64,000 bases of DNA from Myxococcota bacterium (lineage in GTDB: Bacteria; Myxococcota_A; UBA9042; PHBI01; JAWLBL01). The position numbers and the translations under genes were made by a program. The notes beneath the pieces are model-generated. The model searched no databases, was not told where the DNA came from, and saw only the letters and a program-made list of their open reading frames with translations. Below, in pieces: positions 19,533-30,341 of the stretch. The stretch covers positions 53,754-117,753 of the forward strand of contig JAWLBL010000027.1 of NCBI GenBank assembly GCA_041687695.1, written 5' to 3'. Positions within the stretch are counted from its first letter, which is position 1; each line of letters starts with the position of its first letter.

Positions 19533-19901
19533 ATGTCCGGTAGAGTGGTTGCCGTCCGAGACCAGTCCAAGTTCGGGACCAAGCGCATCTGCGTGTCGTG
19601 CACCGCGCGGTTCTACGACTTCAACAAGGCGAGCTTCACGTGCCCCAAGTGCGGCACGGAGCAGACCGCCACGACCCCCTCGAAGCTCACCATCGACGAA
19701 CTCATCATCAAGGATGAGGAGGAGAGCCGCCGAAAGCTCGCCACGCGCAGCATCGACAGCGATGACGGCGAGGAAGAAGCGGACGACGACATCGAGATGG
19801 AGGAGCTCGACATCGACGCCGGCGGCGACGAGGACCTCGGCGACGACGAGGAGGTCGAAAGCGGCGGTGACGAGGAGTACGAGGAGGACGAGCGCGACTA
19901 G
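19533..19901 (+). CDS. TIGR02300 / FYDLN-acid family zinc-ribbon protein
   Basis: KFGTKRICVSCTARFYDFNK...CPKCG plus a long acidic tail. Confidence 0.9.
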   Translation: MSGRVVAVRDQSKFGTKRICVSCTARFYDFNKASFTCPKCGTEQTATTPSKLTIDELIIKDEEESRRKLATRSIDSDDGEEEADDDIEMEELDIDAGGDEDLGDDEEVESGGDEEYEEDERD

Positions 19902-20020
19902 CCTCGCCCTCGATGCGCGACGTCGCTCACCCGCGGTGGGTGACGTCGGGTCGACTCATGGACGCGGGCGACCTTCGACAGAAGGGGCCCGCGTTCGTCG
20001 TTTCGAAGACCCGGCCGGCG

Positions 20021-21697
20021 TCAGCGGCGCAGCCCCGGGATGTCGACGCCGCGATCCCGGGCGATGTCGATGGCGCGCTCGTAGCCGGCGTCGGCGTGGC
20101 GCATGACGCCCAGGGCCGGGTCGCTGGTCAGGACGCGCTGCAGGCGGGCGGCGGCCTCGTCGGAGCCGTCGGCCACGATGACGACGCCAGCGTGCTCGCT
20201 GTAGCCGATGCCGACGCCGCCGCCGCCGTGGACGCTGACCCAGGAGGCCCCGTTCACCGCGTTGGCCAGCGCGTTCAGGATGGGCCAGTCGGCGATGGCG
20301 TCCGAGCCGTCGCGCATCGACTCGGTCTCGCGGTTGGGGCTGGCGACGGAGCCCGAGTCCAGGTGGTCGCGCCCGATGACGATGGGCGCCTTCACCTCGC
20401 CGCGGCGGACCAGCTCGTTGAAGGCGAGGCCGGCGCGGGCGCGCTCGCCGTAGCCCAGCCAGCAGATGCGCGCCGGCAGCCCCTGGAAGGCGACGCGCTC
20501 GCGGGCCATGTCGAGCCAGTTGACGAGGGCGCGATCCTCGGGGAAGAGCTGCTTGAGCGTCTCGTCGGTGCGGTAGATGTCCTCGGGGTCGCCCGAGAGC
20601 GCGACCCAGCGGAAGGGGCCCTTGCCCTCGCAGAACAGCGGCCGGATGTAGGCCGGGACGAAGCCCGGGAAGGCGCGATCGGCGCCCAGCAGGCCGCCCG
20701 ACTCGGCGGCGGCGCGGATGTTGTTGCCGTAGTCGAAGACGTGCGAGCCCTGGTCGCGCAGGCCCATCATCGCGCGCACGTGCCGGACGACCGTGGCGTA
20801 GGACAGCTCGATGTAGCGGCTCGGCTCTTCGGCGCGCAGGGCCTCGGCCTCGGCCAGGGCCAGCCCGGCCGGCACATAGCCGCCCAGCATGTCGTGGGCC
20901 GAGGTCTGGTCGGTGACCAGCTCGGGGCGCACGTCCTGCTCGAGCACCGCCTCGAACAGATCGGCCGCGTTGGCGCGCACCGCGATGGACACGGCCTCGC
21001 CGTTGCGGCGCGCCTGGACGGCCCGGGCGATGCCCTGGCCCATGTCGTCGTAGGCCTCGTCCAGGTAGCGCGTGTCGAGCCGCCGCTTGATGCGGCCGGG
21101 GTCCACCTCGGCCACCAGGGCCGTGCCGCCGTTCATCGTGACGGCCAGCGGCTGCGCGCCCCCCATGCCGCCCAGGCCGGCCGTCAGCGTCAGGGTGCCG
21201 CGCAAGGTGCCCCGCGCTGGGAAGTGCTGACGCGCCGCCTCGGCGAAGGTCTCGTAGGTGCCCTGCAGGATCCCCTGGGTGCCGATGTAGATCCACGACC
21301 CCGCGGTCATCTGCCCGTACATCGTCAGGCCCTTGGCCTCGAGCTCGCGGAAGTGCGTCCAGTCGGCCCACTTCGGGACCAGCAGCGAGTTGGCGAGCAG
21401 GACGCGGGGCGCGTCGCGGTGGGTCTTGAGGACGCCGACCGCCCGCCCCGACTGCACCAGCATCGTCTCGTCGTCCTCGAGCCGCTCGAGCGTCGCCACG
21501 ATGCGGTCGAAGTCGCCCCAGCTGCGCGCCGCCCGCCCCGACCCGCCGTAGACGACCAGGTCCTGCGGGCGCTCGGCCACCTCGGGGTCGAGGTTGTTCA
21601 GGAGCATCCGGAGCGCGGCCTCCTGCACCCAGCCCTTGCAGCGGAGGGTCGTGCCACGCGGGGCGCCGGTCAGGGCGCGCGTCGAATCACCAGCCAT
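20021..21697 (-). CDS. hutU: Urocanate hydratase
   Basis: [73 protein letters not shown]. Confidence 0.97.
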   Translation of the reverse strand: MAGDSTRALTGAPRGTTLRCKGWVQEAALRMLLNNLDPEVAERPQDLVVYGGSGRAARSWGDFDRIVATLERLEDDETMLVQSGRAVGVLKTHRDAPRVLLANSLLVPKWADWTHFRELEAKGLTMYGQMTAGSWIYIGTQGILQGTYETFAEAARQHFPARGTLRGTLTLTAGLGGMGGAQPLAVTMNGGTALVAEVDPGRIKRRLDTRYLDEAYDDMGQGIARAVQARRNGEAVSIAVRANAADLFEAVLEQDVRPELVTDQTSAHDMLGGYVPAGLALAEAEALRAEEPSRYIELSYATVVRHVRAMMGLRDQGSHVFDYGNNIRAAAESGGLLGADRAFPGFVPAYIRPLFCEGKGPFRWVALSGDPEDIYRTDETLKQLFPEDRALVNWLDMARERVAFQGLPARICWLGYGERARAGLAFNELVRRGEVKAPIVIGRDHLDSGSVASPNRETESMRDGSDAIADWPILNALANAVNGASWVSVHGGGGVGIGYSEHAGVVIVADGSDEAAARLQRVLTSDPALGVMRHADAGYERAIDIARDRGVDIPGLRR

Positions 21698-22085
21698 TGC
21701 GTTCCTCCCAACGGGCCAGCCCATAGGCGCCGACCCAGGCGCCCAGCGCGTCGGCCGCCAGGTCCAGCCACTCGGCGCTGCGTCCGGGGATCGCCGCCTG
21801 CGCGAGTTCGACCGCTGTACCGTAGGCGACCGATAAGATCCAGGCCGACCGCGCAGGGTGGGCCACGCTCACGGCCAGGGCGCGGGCGCGCAGGGCCGTC
21901 TCGAGCAGCGCCGCCAGCACCAGCCACGACACGAAGTGCCCGACCTTGTCGGCGTGGTCGAAGCCGCCCAGCGGCACGTGCGGCGGCCGTGGCGTCAGGG
22001 TCAGCCACGTCAGCGCCAGCGCCCAGGCGGCGAGCAGCCCCCGCCGCAGGGCCACGCGGCGCGGTGGATCGATGCCGCCCGCCAC
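21687..22085 (-). CDS. VanZ family membrane protein
   Basis: DKVGHF, E.AQ..IPGRSA...DL.AD..G. Confidence 0.85.
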   Translation of the reverse strand: MAGGIDPPRRVALRRGLLAAWALALTWLTLTPRPPHVPLGGFDHADKVGHFVSWLVLAALLETALRARALAVSVAHPARSAWILSVAYGTAVELAQAAIPGRSAEWLDLAADALGAWVGAYGLARWEERNGW

Positions 22086-22087
22086 GC

Positions 22088-22708
22088 CTACATCTTGTAC
22101 TTGCCGAAGAGATCCGGGTCGAGGTCCTCGAGGCGGACGTCGTCGGACCCGGTCAGGGCCAGCGCCGGCTCGGGCTCGGGCTCGGCGGCCACTTCGTCGC
22201 CGACGAGGGCCGCGTCGTCGTGGGCCGCCAGGGTGTCGTCGTCGACCAGCGCGGCGGCCTCGGCCTCGGCGTCGGTCTCGTCGGCGAAGCCGCCGGCCTC
22301 CTCGAGCACGTCCTGCGCCACGAAGATGGGCGCGCCGGCCCGCAGGGCGAGGGCGACGCTGTCCGAGGGGCGGGCGTCCAGGTGGCGAAGGCCGCCGGCG
22401 CCGTCGGTCAGCGTCACCTCGGCGAAGAAGGTGCCGTCGGCCAGGCGCGTGATGGTGACGCGGCGCACCTGCCAGCCCAGCGTCTGCACGACGGTGGCCA
22501 GCAGATCGTGGGTCAGCGGGCGCGGCACCTCGACCTGCGCGAGGAAGGTCGCGATGGCGGTCGCCTCGAGCCCGCCGATGAAGATGGGCAGGTACAGCCG
22601 CGGCTCGGCGAGGCCCCGCAGGATGAGGACCGGCGACTGGCTGGCGGGGTCCACGACCACGGCCGCCACCCGCATGGGGACCGCTGCTTCCGAACGCTCA
22701 GTCATCAC
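22088..22708 (-). CDS. Bifunctional nuclease family (DUF151) protein
   Basis: LPIFIG..EA.AI, PRPLTHDL, GTFFA, DARPSDSVALALR; C-terminal FGKYKM. Confidence 0.92.
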   Translation of the reverse strand: MMTERSEAAVPMRVAAVVVDPASQSPVLILRGLAEPRLYLPIFIGGLEATAIATFLAQVEVPRPLTHDLLATVVQTLGWQVRRVTITRLADGTFFAEVTLTDGAGGLRHLDARPSDSVALALRAGAPIFVAQDVLEEAGGFADETDAEAEAAALVDDDTLAAHDDAALVGDEVAAEPEPEPALALTGSDDVRLEDLDPDLFGKYKM

Positions 22709-22733
22709 CCGACCCGGCCGCGCCCCGAACGCT

Positions 22734-24143
22734 TCAGACGATCTGGCCGTAGAGGCTGTGCGGCTTCACGTCGGTCACCTTAACGTGCGCCAACTGCCCG
22801 ATCCAGCGGCGAGTCCAGAAGTCCCCCATCGGCACGGGCACGTTGACGATGACGTTCGTGCGGGTGCGGCCCATGATCTGCCACTCGGCGGGCTGCCCCT
22901 TGCTGGCGCTGCGCGAGGGCCCCTCGAACAGCACCTCGACCGTGCGGTCCTGGTAGCTCGCCATGTGCTCGGCCGTGATGGCCTGCTGCAGCGCGAGCAC
23001 CTGGGTCAGCCGCTCGCTCTTGACCGCCTCGGGGACGTCGTCGGGCATCTGGGCCGCCTTCGTGCCCGGGCGCGGCGAGTACTTGAAGGCGAAGATCGAG
23101 TGGTAACGCACCTGCCGCAGCAGCGCGAGGGTCTGCTGGAAGTCCTCGTCGGTCTCGCCGGGGTAGCCGACGATGATGTCCGTCGTCAGCGCCATGTCGG
23201 GGTGCCGGGCCTTCAGGCGCGCGGCCCGCTCGAGGTAGTGGGCGACCGTGTAGTTGCGGCGCATCGAGGTCAGCAGGCGGTCCGAGCCGCTCTGGACCGG
23301 CAGGTGGAACATCTCGCACAGCGTGCGGAGGTCGCCGAAGCAGTCGATGAGCGCGTCGGTGCAGTCCATCGGGTGCGAGGTGGTGAAGCGCAGGCGCTCG
23401 AGGCCCGGCACGGCGTCGACCGCGCGCAGCAGCTCGGCGAAGTGGACCTCGCGCTGCTTGTCCTTGCCGTAGCTGTTGACGTTCTGACCGAGCAGCGTCA
23501 CCTCGCGCACGCCGGAGCCGACCAGCCGCTCGACCTCGCGGACCACCATCTCGGCGGGCTTGGACACCTCGCGGCCGCGGGTGAAGGGCACGATGCAGAA
23601 GCTGCAGACCTTGTCGCAGCCCTTCATGATGGTGACGAACTCGGTGACCTTGCCGTCTGCCTTGGGCTCGGCCTCGATGAAGCTGTAGTCCTTGCGCTTG
23701 AAGAAGGTGGTCTCCGACACCCGTCCGTCGCTGCCCCGCACGCGCTCGAGCAGCTCGGGCAGCTGCGCGATGTTGTCGGGCCCGAAGACGAGGTCCAGGT
23801 AGGGCACCTTCTCGAGGAGCTTGCGGCCCTCCTGCTGCGCCACGCACCCGGCGACGCCCAGCACGAGATCGTCGTTGAACTCCTTGAGCGGCGCGAGGCG
23901 CCCGAGCTGGCTCAGGACCTTCTGTTCGGCCTTGTCGCGCACGCTGCAGGTGTTGAGCAGGATGAGGTTGGCGCGGGCCGGGTCGTCGGTGGCCTCGTAG
24001 CCGTGCGGCCCCAGGACCTGCAGGATGCGGTCCGTATCGTTCACGTTCATCTGGCAGCCGAAGGTCTGCACGTGGACGTACCGCGGGGGGCGGTCGGCGG
24101 CGGTCGGGGTCGGCTCGGGGCTGGGCGGGAGCGCGGCGCTCAT
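22734..24143 (-). CDS. miaB: tRNA-2-methylthio-N6-dimethylallyladenosine synthase
   Basis: TFGCQMN, NTCSVRDKAE, GCVAQ, CDKVCSFC radical-SAM motif, RFTTSHP, HLPVQSG, TRAM domain. Confidence 0.96.
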   Translation of the reverse strand: MSAALPPSPEPTPTAADRPPRYVHVQTFGCQMNVNDTDRILQVLGPHGYEATDDPARANLILLNTCSVRDKAEQKVLSQLGRLAPLKEFNDDLVLGVAGCVAQQEGRKLLEKVPYLDLVFGPDNIAQLPELLERVRGSDGRVSETTFFKRKDYSFIEAEPKADGKVTEFVTIMKGCDKVCSFCIVPFTRGREVSKPAEMVVREVERLVGSGVREVTLLGQNVNSYGKDKQREVHFAELLRAVDAVPGLERLRFTTSHPMDCTDALIDCFGDLRTLCEMFHLPVQSGSDRLLTSMRRNYTVAHYLERAARLKARHPDMALTTDIIVGYPGETDEDFQQTLALLRQVRYHSIFAFKYSPRPGTKAAQMPDDVPEAVKSERLTQVLALQQAITAEHMASYQDRTVEVLFEGPSRSASKGQPAEWQIMGRTRTNVIVNVPVPMGDFWTRRWIGQLAHVKVTDVKPHSLYGQIV

Positions 24144-24197
24144 GGAGTCCTCCGTGCGCGCGGGGCCGCGGGCGCGGCCGGCCGGCGCGGGCCGCGG

Positions 24198-24226
24198 AAG
24201 TTAGCCCCGGGGTCGTGGCGAGTCAA
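24198..24226 (-). promoter_or_regulatory. Putative sigma70 promoter of the miaB operon
   Basis: Minus strand TTGACT-N17-TAACTT, about 55 bp upstream of the miaB ATG. Confidence 0.55.
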
Positions 24227-24246
24227 TCGGGCGTGGCCCGCCCCGG

Positions 24247-25842
24247 TCAGAGCGGCGCGAAGGGCAGGACGGCCTTGATGTCGGAGTCGGTCCAGTGGGC
24301 GCCGAGGCCGATGAAGTAGTCGCGCGAGTCGCCGTTGAGGATGTCGTCGAGGCCGGCCGCCAGGTAGAGGTTCTTGGCGAAGTCGTAGGCGGCGAGGATG
24401 CGGACGCGGGGGAGGCGCTCGATGCCGAACTGGAAGACATCGAGCTTGAAGCGCAGGGCGTCCTCGAGCAGATCGAGGTCGACGCCCCAGCCGCCGGTGG
24501 ACTCCATGATGCCGTAGCGGAAGGTGAGGAAGTGCCACCGCTTGGCGAACTGGGCGGTGAACTTGAGCTCGTCGGAGGTGGTCGTGACGTCCTCGACCAG
24601 GACGGGGGGCTTGGTCGGGTCGTTGGTCTGGGTGACGCGCAGCGAGGAGCGGACGCGGCCGCGGGGGTCGTCGACGAGCTGGAGGAAGTAGTACTTGTCG
24701 GGCCGGGGGCGGAGGCGGACGTTGATGTAGTGCTTGAGGGCGTTTTGCCCGAAGAGGTACTCGGAGCGGAACTCGAGGTCGACCTGCAGCTGCGAGATGC
24801 GGGAGGTGATGTCGCCGATGTCCTCGACGACCTGCTCGACGCCCTCGACCAGGCGGTCGTCGTTGATGAGGCGGCCCACCGTGCCCTCGCCCGCGTCTAT
24901 CTTGCGGGTGATGGACTGGACGTTGTCGAGGCTGCCCTGCAGCGTCGCGAGGTTCTGGTCGGCCTTGTTGAGCACCTCGGCGAGCGTGCCGGGCCGGCGC
25001 TCGTCGCCGCTGGCGGTCTGCTCGCCGATGAAGCGCCGGAGGTCGGCCGTCATCGTGTCGACGTTGTTCAGGATGCGGTCGAGCTTGCGGTCGACCTTGC
25101 CCGCGCTGCTGCGCAGCGAGCCGGTGGTGTCGCGGACGTTGTCGACGATGACCTTGATGTCGTCGCCCCGCGGGTAGATGTCGCTGCGCATGAACTCACG
25201 CAGCTCGCCCGAGGCCGTCGCGATGTTGCGGGCCGTCGAGGCGACGTCGTCGCGGATCTGGCGCAGCGCCGCCGCGCCGGCCTCGTCGCCGATGGCGGTG
25301 CGCAGGCTGCCCGTGATGGCGCTGATGTCGTCGGTGATCTTCTCGAGCTTGGGGAAGATGGTCTCCGACGACTCCTCGAGCTGGTTCATGATGGCGCCGA
25401 GGCCCGACTCGGTCACCGTGTTGCGGATCTGGCCGTTGGGCTGGATGACCTCGCCCGCGACGCCCGGGGTCAGGGCGATGTAGTAGTCGCCGAGGAGGCT
25501 GGCCTGCAGGCGCGAGGCGGTGGCGCCGTTGACCCAGACGCCGGTCGCCGGGTCCAGCACGCCCTCGTAGAGCTTGACCTTCTTGTCGACGAGCATCCAG
25601 ACCCGCGCCTTGGTCTGGTCGTCGGGGTCGAGGCGGATCGAGGTGATCTGCCCGACCGGGATGCCGCTGATCATGATGCGCGAGTTCTCGACGAGGCCGG
25701 TCGCGTCGTCGAAGACGGCGTACACCGGGTACGCGTCGTCGCGTCCGATGCCGGTGTCGAGGCGACCGAAGGCGTAGATGAACGCGAAGGCGCCGATGAT
25801 GAGGAGGAGCCCCACGAGGAGCGGCGTCCGCTTCTTCATCAT
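24247..25842 (-). CDS. MlaD/MCE family protein with long helical region and beta-rich C-terminus
   Basis: N-terminal TM; FDDATGL...I.ISGIPVG.I; SLLGDYYIALTPG; GEGTVGRLIND. Confidence 0.88.
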   Translation of the reverse strand: MMKKRTPLLVGLLLIIGAFAFIYAFGRLDTGIGRDDAYPVYAVFDDATGLVENSRIMISGIPVGQITSIRLDPDDQTKARVWMLVDKKVKLYEGVLDPATGVWVNGATASRLQASLLGDYYIALTPGVAGEVIQPNGQIRNTVTESGLGAIMNQLEESSETIFPKLEKITDDISAITGSLRTAIGDEAGAAALRQIRDDVASTARNIATASGELREFMRSDIYPRGDDIKVIVDNVRDTTGSLRSSAGKVDRKLDRILNNVDTMTADLRRFIGEQTASGDERRPGTLAEVLNKADQNLATLQGSLDNVQSITRKIDAGEGTVGRLINDDRLVEGVEQVVEDIGDITSRISQLQVDLEFRSEYLFGQNALKHYINVRLRPRPDKYYFLQLVDDPRGRVRSSLRVTQTNDPTKPPVLVEDVTTTSDELKFTAQFAKRWHFLTFRYGIMESTGGWGVDLDLLEDALRFKLDVFQFGIERLPRVRILAAYDFAKNLYLAAGLDDILNGDSRDYFIGLGAHWTDSDIKAVLPFAPL

Positions 25843-25897
25843 CGGCGGGCGTGCTCCGGGCTGCGGGAGGCGGCGGGTGTCAAGGAGGCGAGCCCTT

Positions 25898-26665
25898 CTA
25901 GAACATCATGACGGTGAGGAAGTAATCGAGGATGAGGATGGAGACGGAGGAGAAGACCACGGCCTGGGTCGTCGCGACGCCGACGCCGCGGGCGCCGCCG
26001 CTCGCGTGGAAGCCCTTGTAACAGGAGATGGTGGCCATCGCGAAGCCGAATACGGCCGCCTTGATGATGCCCGACCAGACGTCCCAGGGCACGACGACGT
26101 TGTCGATGCGGTCGAAGAAGACGCCCTCGTCGAGGCCCAGGCCCTTGACGGCGACGAGCCAGGCGCCGGCGACGCCCACCACGTTGCCGAGCATGGTCAG
26201 GACGGGGACGGTGAGCGTGGCCGCGATGATGCGAGGCGTGACGAGGTACTGCACCGGGTCCACGGCCATCGTGCGCAGCGCGTCGATCTGCTCGGTGACG
26301 TTCATCGTCCCGATCTCGGTGGCGATGGACGACCCGACGCGTCCGGTGACCATCAGCCCGGTCAGCACGGGCGACAGCTCGCGGGTGAGGGCGAGGGCGA
26401 CCGTCGTGCCGACCAGGGACTCGGCGCCGAAGAGGCGAAAGGCGTAGGCGCTCTGGACCGCCATCACCATCCCGGTGAAGCCGCCCGTCAGCAGCACGAT
26501 GAACAGGCTGCCGACGCCGATGAACTCGAACGACTGCAGGAAGATGCGCCACCGGAAGGGCGGCCGCAGGGCCCACACCATGGCGTCGATCGCGAGCAGG
26601 GCCATCTGGCCGACGCCTTCCACGCGGTCGAGGGTCCACTGGCCCAGCTGCTCGATGTGCTTCAC
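25898..26665 (-). CDS. mlaE: MlaE family ABC permease
   Basis: IGVGSL, RELSPVLTGLMVTGRVGS, EIGTM.VTEQIDAL..MAVDP..YL, GARGVG.ATT.AVV. Confidence 0.93.
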   Translation of the reverse strand: MKHIEQLGQWTLDRVEGVGQMALLAIDAMVWALRPPFRWRIFLQSFEFIGVGSLFIVLLTGGFTGMVMAVQSAYAFRLFGAESLVGTTVALALTRELSPVLTGLMVTGRVGSSIATEIGTMNVTEQIDALRTMAVDPVQYLVTPRIIAATLTVPVLTMLGNVVGVAGAWLVAVKGLGLDEGVFFDRIDNVVVPWDVWSGIIKAAVFGFAMATISCYKGFHASGGARGVGVATTQAVVFSSVSILILDYFLTVMMF

Positions 26666-26779
26666 GCCGCGCAAGCTAGCCCGCGTCAGGGCTCGGCGCA
26701 ACGCACAACGCGCCCGGCGCGGCAGGGGCCGCGGGCCGGGGGCTGACAAGGCGGCGCGGCGGTGGTAGGACGCGGCCGC

Positions 26780-26998
26780 ATGGAGCCGACCCTCTCGCTC
26801 GTCGTCAACGGAGAGCCGCGCGCGTTCGCGGCCGAGCGGCTGACCGTGGCCGAGCTGCTCGAGCGCCTCGGGCAGTCCGGGCGGCGCGTGGCCGTCGAGG
26901 TCAACCGTCGGATCGTCCCGAGGGCCCGGCACGGCGAGCATCTGCTCGCGGCCGGTGACGAGGTCGAGATCGTCCAGTTCGTCGGAGGAGGGGCCTAG
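26780..26998 (+). CDS. thiS: Sulfur carrier protein ThiS (ends VGGGA)
   Basis: VNGE, VAVEVN..IVPR, GDEVEIVQFVGGG; directly upstream of thiG. Confidence 0.92.
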   Translation: MEPTLSLVVNGEPRAFAAERLTVAELLERLGQSGRRVAVEVNRRIVPRARHGEHLLAAGDEVEIVQFVGGGA

Positions 26999-27850
26999 AT
27001 GGAGAGCCAGGCGGCCGTGAGCGCGTCGACGGGGACCGAGGGCGACGACGCCCTGCGCATCGGGGGGCGTGAGTTCCGCTCGCGCCTTTTCGTCGGGACC
27101 GGGAAGTATCCGACGCGGGACATCGCGCGGCGGGCCCTCGAGGCGAGCGGCGCCGAGGTCGTCACCGTGGCCGTCCGCCGGGTGAATCTGGACCGCGACG
27201 CCGAGGACTCGTTCTGGGACAGCATCGACCTCGAGCGCTACACGCTGCTGCCGAACACGGCCGGCTGCACCACGGCCGAGCAGGCGATCCGCACGGCGAT
27301 GCTCGCCCGCGAGGTCGGCATGGGTGACCTCGTGAAGCTCGAGGTCATCGGAGACCCGGACAAGACCCTGTACCCGGACAACCAGGCGACGCTCGAGGCG
27401 GCGCGCGTGTTGGTCGCCGAGGGGTTCACCGTCCTGCCGTACGTCTCGGACGACATCGTCGTCTGCAAGCGCCTCGAGGACGCCGGGTGCGCCGCCATCA
27501 TGCCGCTGGGGGCGCCGATCGGCACAGGCCTCGGCCTGCGCAACCCGGTGACCCTGCGCCTCATCATGGAGGCGGTGTCGGTGCCGGTCATCGTCGACGC
27601 TGGCGTGGGCACGGCCTCGGACGCGGCCATCGCGATGGAGCTGGGCTGCGACGCGGTGCTCATGAACACGGCCATCGCGGGCGCCCGGGATCCCGTGCTG
27701 ATGGCCGGCGCCATGCGCGACGCGACGCGCGCCGGGCGCGCCGCCTACCTGGCCGGCCGCATCCCTCGCAAGCTCTACGCCACCGCGTCGAGCCCGCTCG
27801 AGGGCGTCGTGGGGGCGCCGGCGGGCGCGCTGGTCGGGGACGGCGTTTGA
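26999..27850 (+). CDS. thiG: Thiazole synthase
   Basis: [58 protein letters not shown]. Confidence 0.97.
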   Translation: MESQAAVSASTGTEGDDALRIGGREFRSRLFVGTGKYPTRDIARRALEASGAEVVTVAVRRVNLDRDAEDSFWDSIDLERYTLLPNTAGCTTAEQAIRTAMLAREVGMGDLVKLEVIGDPDKTLYPDNQATLEAARVLVAEGFTVLPYVSDDIVVCKRLEDAGCAAIMPLGAPIGTGLGLRNPVTLRLIMEAVSVPVIVDAGVGTASDAAIAMELGCDAVLMNTAIAGARDPVLMAGAMRDATRAGRAAYLAGRIPRKLYATASSPLEGVVGAPAGALVGDGV

Positions 27851-28518
27851 TCCATCGGGCGCGCCTGGTCCTGGTGGCGGACGTGCCTTCGCTGGGGGCC
27901 GAGCGCGTCTTCGAGGTCCTCGCGCGAGTCCTGCCGATGGCCCGGGCGGGCGAGATCGCGGTCATCGATCGCGACCGCGCGGCCGATCGCGGCGGAAGCC
28001 CGGATCGGACGCGCCTGTCGCGGCTCGAGCGCTTGCGCGCGCTGACGCGGCGGCACGGGGCGGCCCTCATCGTCTCGGCGCGCGCCGATCTCGCCGTGGC
28101 CGTGGGCGCCGACGGCGTGCAGCTCCCGGAGCGCGGGGTGACGGTGAGCGCGATCCAGGAGGCGTTCCCGACCCTGCCGGTCGGGCGGTCGTGTCACGAT
28201 CGGGCGGGGCTCGAGGCGGCGGCGCGGGCCGGGGCCCGCTGGGCGCTGCTCGGGCCCGTGTGGGCGCCGATTTCGAAAGCCAGCGATGGCCCGCCGATGG
28301 GGCCGGAGGGCCTGCGCGAGACGATCGCCGGGCTGCGCCTGCCCGTGTTCGGCGTGGGCGGCGTGGGGCCCGACAACGCGGCCCGCCTGTGTGCCTGCGG
28401 GGCGACCGGGGTCGCCACGATCGGCGCCGTGTTCGGCGCGACCACCCCGGAGGCGGCCGCGAGGGCCCTGCTCGCGGCCACCCGGACGCCCCCCGAGCGC
28501 GCCGCAGAAGTTGGGTGA
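27847..28518 (+). CDS. Thiamine-phosphate synthase (ThiE)/TenI family protein
   Basis: GADGVQL, VGRSCH, LGPVW...[10 protein letters not shown]; TTG start overlaps the thiG stop. Divergent, so ThiE versus TenI is unresolved. Confidence 0.8.
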   Translation: MIHRARLVLVADVPSLGAERVFEVLARVLPMARAGEIAVIDRDRAADRGGSPDRTRLSRLERLRALTRRHGAALIVSARADLAVAVGADGVQLPERGVTVSAIQEAFPTLPVGRSCHDRAGLEAAARAGARWALLGPVWAPISKASDGPPMGPEGLRETIAGLRLPVFGVGGVGPDNAARLCACGATGVATIGAVFGATTPEAAARALLAATRTPPERAAEVG

Positions 28519-28523
28519 ACCAT

Positions 28524-28553
28524 TTGACATTCCAGCGCAAAGGTCAGAAGAAT
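28524..28553 (+). promoter_or_regulatory. Putative sigma70 promoter of the FHA gene pair
   Basis: TTGACA-N18-AAGAAT in a locally AT-rich stretch. Confidence 0.4.
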
Positions 28554-28648
28554 TCCGCGGGACGACGTAGGGGTCGTCCGGCCCCGTCCGAGGCGCTGGA
28601 CGGGTCTACGTCTCCCCCGATCATCTCTCTGCCGAGGAGCTGGGCGCG

Positions 28649-30331
28649 ATGCTGATCCTGTCCATCCGTGACAAAAACGGTGAGGAGCGGCGGCTCCAGT
28701 TCGACAAGGAAGAGGTCACGATCGGCCGCACGCAGGGTTCGGACATCGTCCTCCCGCGCAACAACATCTCCAAGCGGCACGCGCGCCTGGTCGACAAAGA
28801 CGACAAGATCGTCGTGGTCGATCTGCGATCGACCAACGGCACCTACGTCAACGGCCGCCGCATCACGGCGCCCGAGATCCTGACCTCCGAGGACAAGGTC
28901 TACATCGGCGACTTCGTCCTCAAGGTCATGACCGAGGTCGAGGCGTCGCAGCCGCAGCCGCCCGCCAGCACGCACCCGGGCCCGCCGCCCGCGCCCGTGT
29001 CGACCGGACCGACCGAGCACGTCGGCGCCGCGGCCGCCGCGATGGAGGTCGAGGCGACAGCGGCCATCGACCTGTCTCAGGTCCCCGACGACACGGCGGC
29101 CGATCTGGACGACTGGGTCGAGGTCGACATCGACTTCGACGGAGGCGGCCGCCCGGCCAAGGCGCCCGTCAAGACGGTCGCGCAGATGCCGGCCGCCAGC
29201 TACCACGCGCCCGAACCGGCGGACCTGGATCTGCTCGACGCCGCCGACGCCTTGGACGACCTCGACGCGATCGAGCCCTACGTCGCGACGGCGCAGCCGG
29301 CCGCGCCCGAGCCGGCTCCGGCTCGGCCCGAGCCCGTGCAGCCGGCCCCCGTGGCGGCGCGTCCGGCGACGCCGCAGCCCGGCGTCGTCGCGGCGGCGCC
29401 CGTCGACACCGCCCCGGTCGGGCTCGGTCGGCTCGACGAGCTGCTCGCCGACGAGGCCGTGCAGGAGATCCACGTCAACGGCTACGACCAGGTGCGGGTG
29501 ATCCGGTCCGGCCGCGCCGAGGAGGCGCCCGGGTTCGCGCAGGCCTCGGACCTCGACGCCGTCGTCGCGGCGCTGTCCGAGCACCTGGGCCACGTCCCGG
29601 GCGACGCGCCGACCATGTTCAACGGCAACCTGCGCTCCGGCGCGTCGGTCGAGGTCATCCGCCCGCCGGTGGCGCCCGCCGGCCCGGTGGTGGTCATCCG
29701 CCGGCCGCGCGCTCAGGTCGTCACGCCCCAGTCGCTCGTCACCTCGGGCGGCCTCACGGAGGCGGCGCTCGGCTACCTGGCCGACGCCATCGCCAAGCGC
29801 CGCAACGTCGTCGTCTCCGGCCGCACCGGCGGCGGCCGCACCACGGTGATGAACGCCCTCGCCTACTTCGTGCCCAGCCACGAGCGCGTGGCGCTGGTCG
29901 AGCACGTGCGCGAGCTGCGGCTGCCTCACGGCAACGTCGTCCGCCTCGACAAGGATCACCTCGACGCGCACGCCGAGGATCTCGCCGGGCTCCTGCCGCG
30001 GCTGAAGGTCGACCGCGCGCTGCTCGACGAGGTGGCCGGGTCGGACGTCTACGGGTTCGTGACGCTCGCGCTCAGCGGGCACGACGGCCTGTTCGCCGTC
30101 ATGACCTCCGGGTCGGCCCACAAGCTACTGCAGCGCATGGCGCTGGAACTCGAGCTCGTCTCCGGCGCGCGGCTCGATGATCGGGCGCGCGCCATGGTCG
30201 CCCAGGCGGTCGACGTCATCGTCCATGTCGAGCGAGACGGAAGCGGCGGGCCGCGGGTCGTCGAGATCGTCGAGGTCGAGGCCGCGACGCCCGAGGGCTT
30301 CCGCACGCGCGAAATCCTGAGCCGGTCATAA
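28649..30331 (+). CDS. FHA domain fused to a degenerate CpaF/TadA (VirB11-like) ATPase
   Basis: FHA: IGR..SDIVL...ISKRHA...DLRSTNGT. ATPase part: L..LLAD..V.EI.VNG, GRTGGGRTT, ERVALVE, LLDEV, SGHDG. Confidence 0.85.
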   Translation: MLILSIRDKNGEERRLQFDKEEVTIGRTQGSDIVLPRNNISKRHARLVDKDDKIVVVDLRSTNGTYVNGRRITAPEILTSEDKVYIGDFVLKVMTEVEASQPQPPASTHPGPPPAPVSTGPTEHVGAAAAAMEVEATAAIDLSQVPDDTAADLDDWVEVDIDFDGGGRPAKAPVKTVAQMPAASYHAPEPADLDLLDAADALDDLDAIEPYVATAQPAAPEPAPARPEPVQPAPVAARPATPQPGVVAAAPVDTAPVGLGRLDELLADEAVQEIHVNGYDQVRVIRSGRAEEAPGFAQASDLDAVVAALSEHLGHVPGDAPTMFNGNLRSGASVEVIRPPVAPAGPVVVIRRPRAQVVTPQSLVTSGGLTEAALGYLADAIAKRRNVVVSGRTGGGRTTVMNALAYFVPSHERVALVEHVRELRLPHGNVVRLDKDHLDAHAEDLAGLLPRLKVDRALLDEVAGSDVYGFVTLALSGHDGLFAVMTSGSAHKLLQRMALELELVSGARLDDRARAMVAQAVDVIVHVERDGSGGPRVVEIVEVEAATPEGFRTREILSRS

Positions 30332-30341
30332 GCGCTTACCG

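Noticed and set aside
26666-26779. TPP riboswitch upstream of thiS
   Set aside because: The region is short, shared with divergent mlaE, and lacks the CTGAGA...ACCTG core.
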